This document shows, piece by piece, positions 63,961 through 64,000 of a DNA stretch of 64,000 nucleotides. The stretch is taken from the NCBI GenBank assembly GCA_951406725.2, contig OX597818.1, positions 89,528,001 through 89,592,000 on the forward strand, given 5' to 3'. Origin of the DNA: Octopus vulgaris. Its lineage: Eukaryota. The notes below the pieces were generated by a model. The model saw nothing but the letters and a program-made list of their open reading frames with translations, did not search any database and was not told where the DNA came from. Every line of letters begins with the position of its first letter. Within the stretch, counting starts at the first letter, position 1. Made by a program: the position numbers and the translations under genes.

Positions 63961-64000
63961 TAATCTGTAGATATGCCCTTAGAAATGTATATATTGATCG

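Overview
This is AT-rich, repeat-dense animal genomic DNA. Its SINE, RTE, Dong and Penelope-type repeats suggest a coleoid cephalopod, probably Octopus (inference). The main gene is a minus-strand prestin-like SLC26 anion transporter. Eight coding exons (36310 down to 1807, 1371 nt, 457 codons) join in frame through GT-AG splice sites, and the remaining TM and STAS exons lie beyond the left edge. CpG-rich promoter-like islands occur at about 50.6-52.0 kb and 61.9-62.4 kb; the second holds a candidate first coding exon of a divergent plus-strand gene. The introns and upstream region carry a decayed mariner, a decayed Tc1 with nested LINE pieces, young RTE LINEs with a PHD finger inside the RT, and an R4/Dong 3' end in the (TAA)n tract next to an exon acceptor. 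They also carry a Helitron, piggyBac-, hAT-, mariner- and Merlin-like MITEs, and dozens of tRNA-derived SINEs. The most striking hidden pattern is about 12 minimal type-I hammerhead-ribozyme-like motifs from several unrelated families. Most sit in short inverted-repeat elements at (TA)n microsatellites, and one is fused to a tRNA-derived Pol III head. All calls were made by eye; no database search or folding was run.
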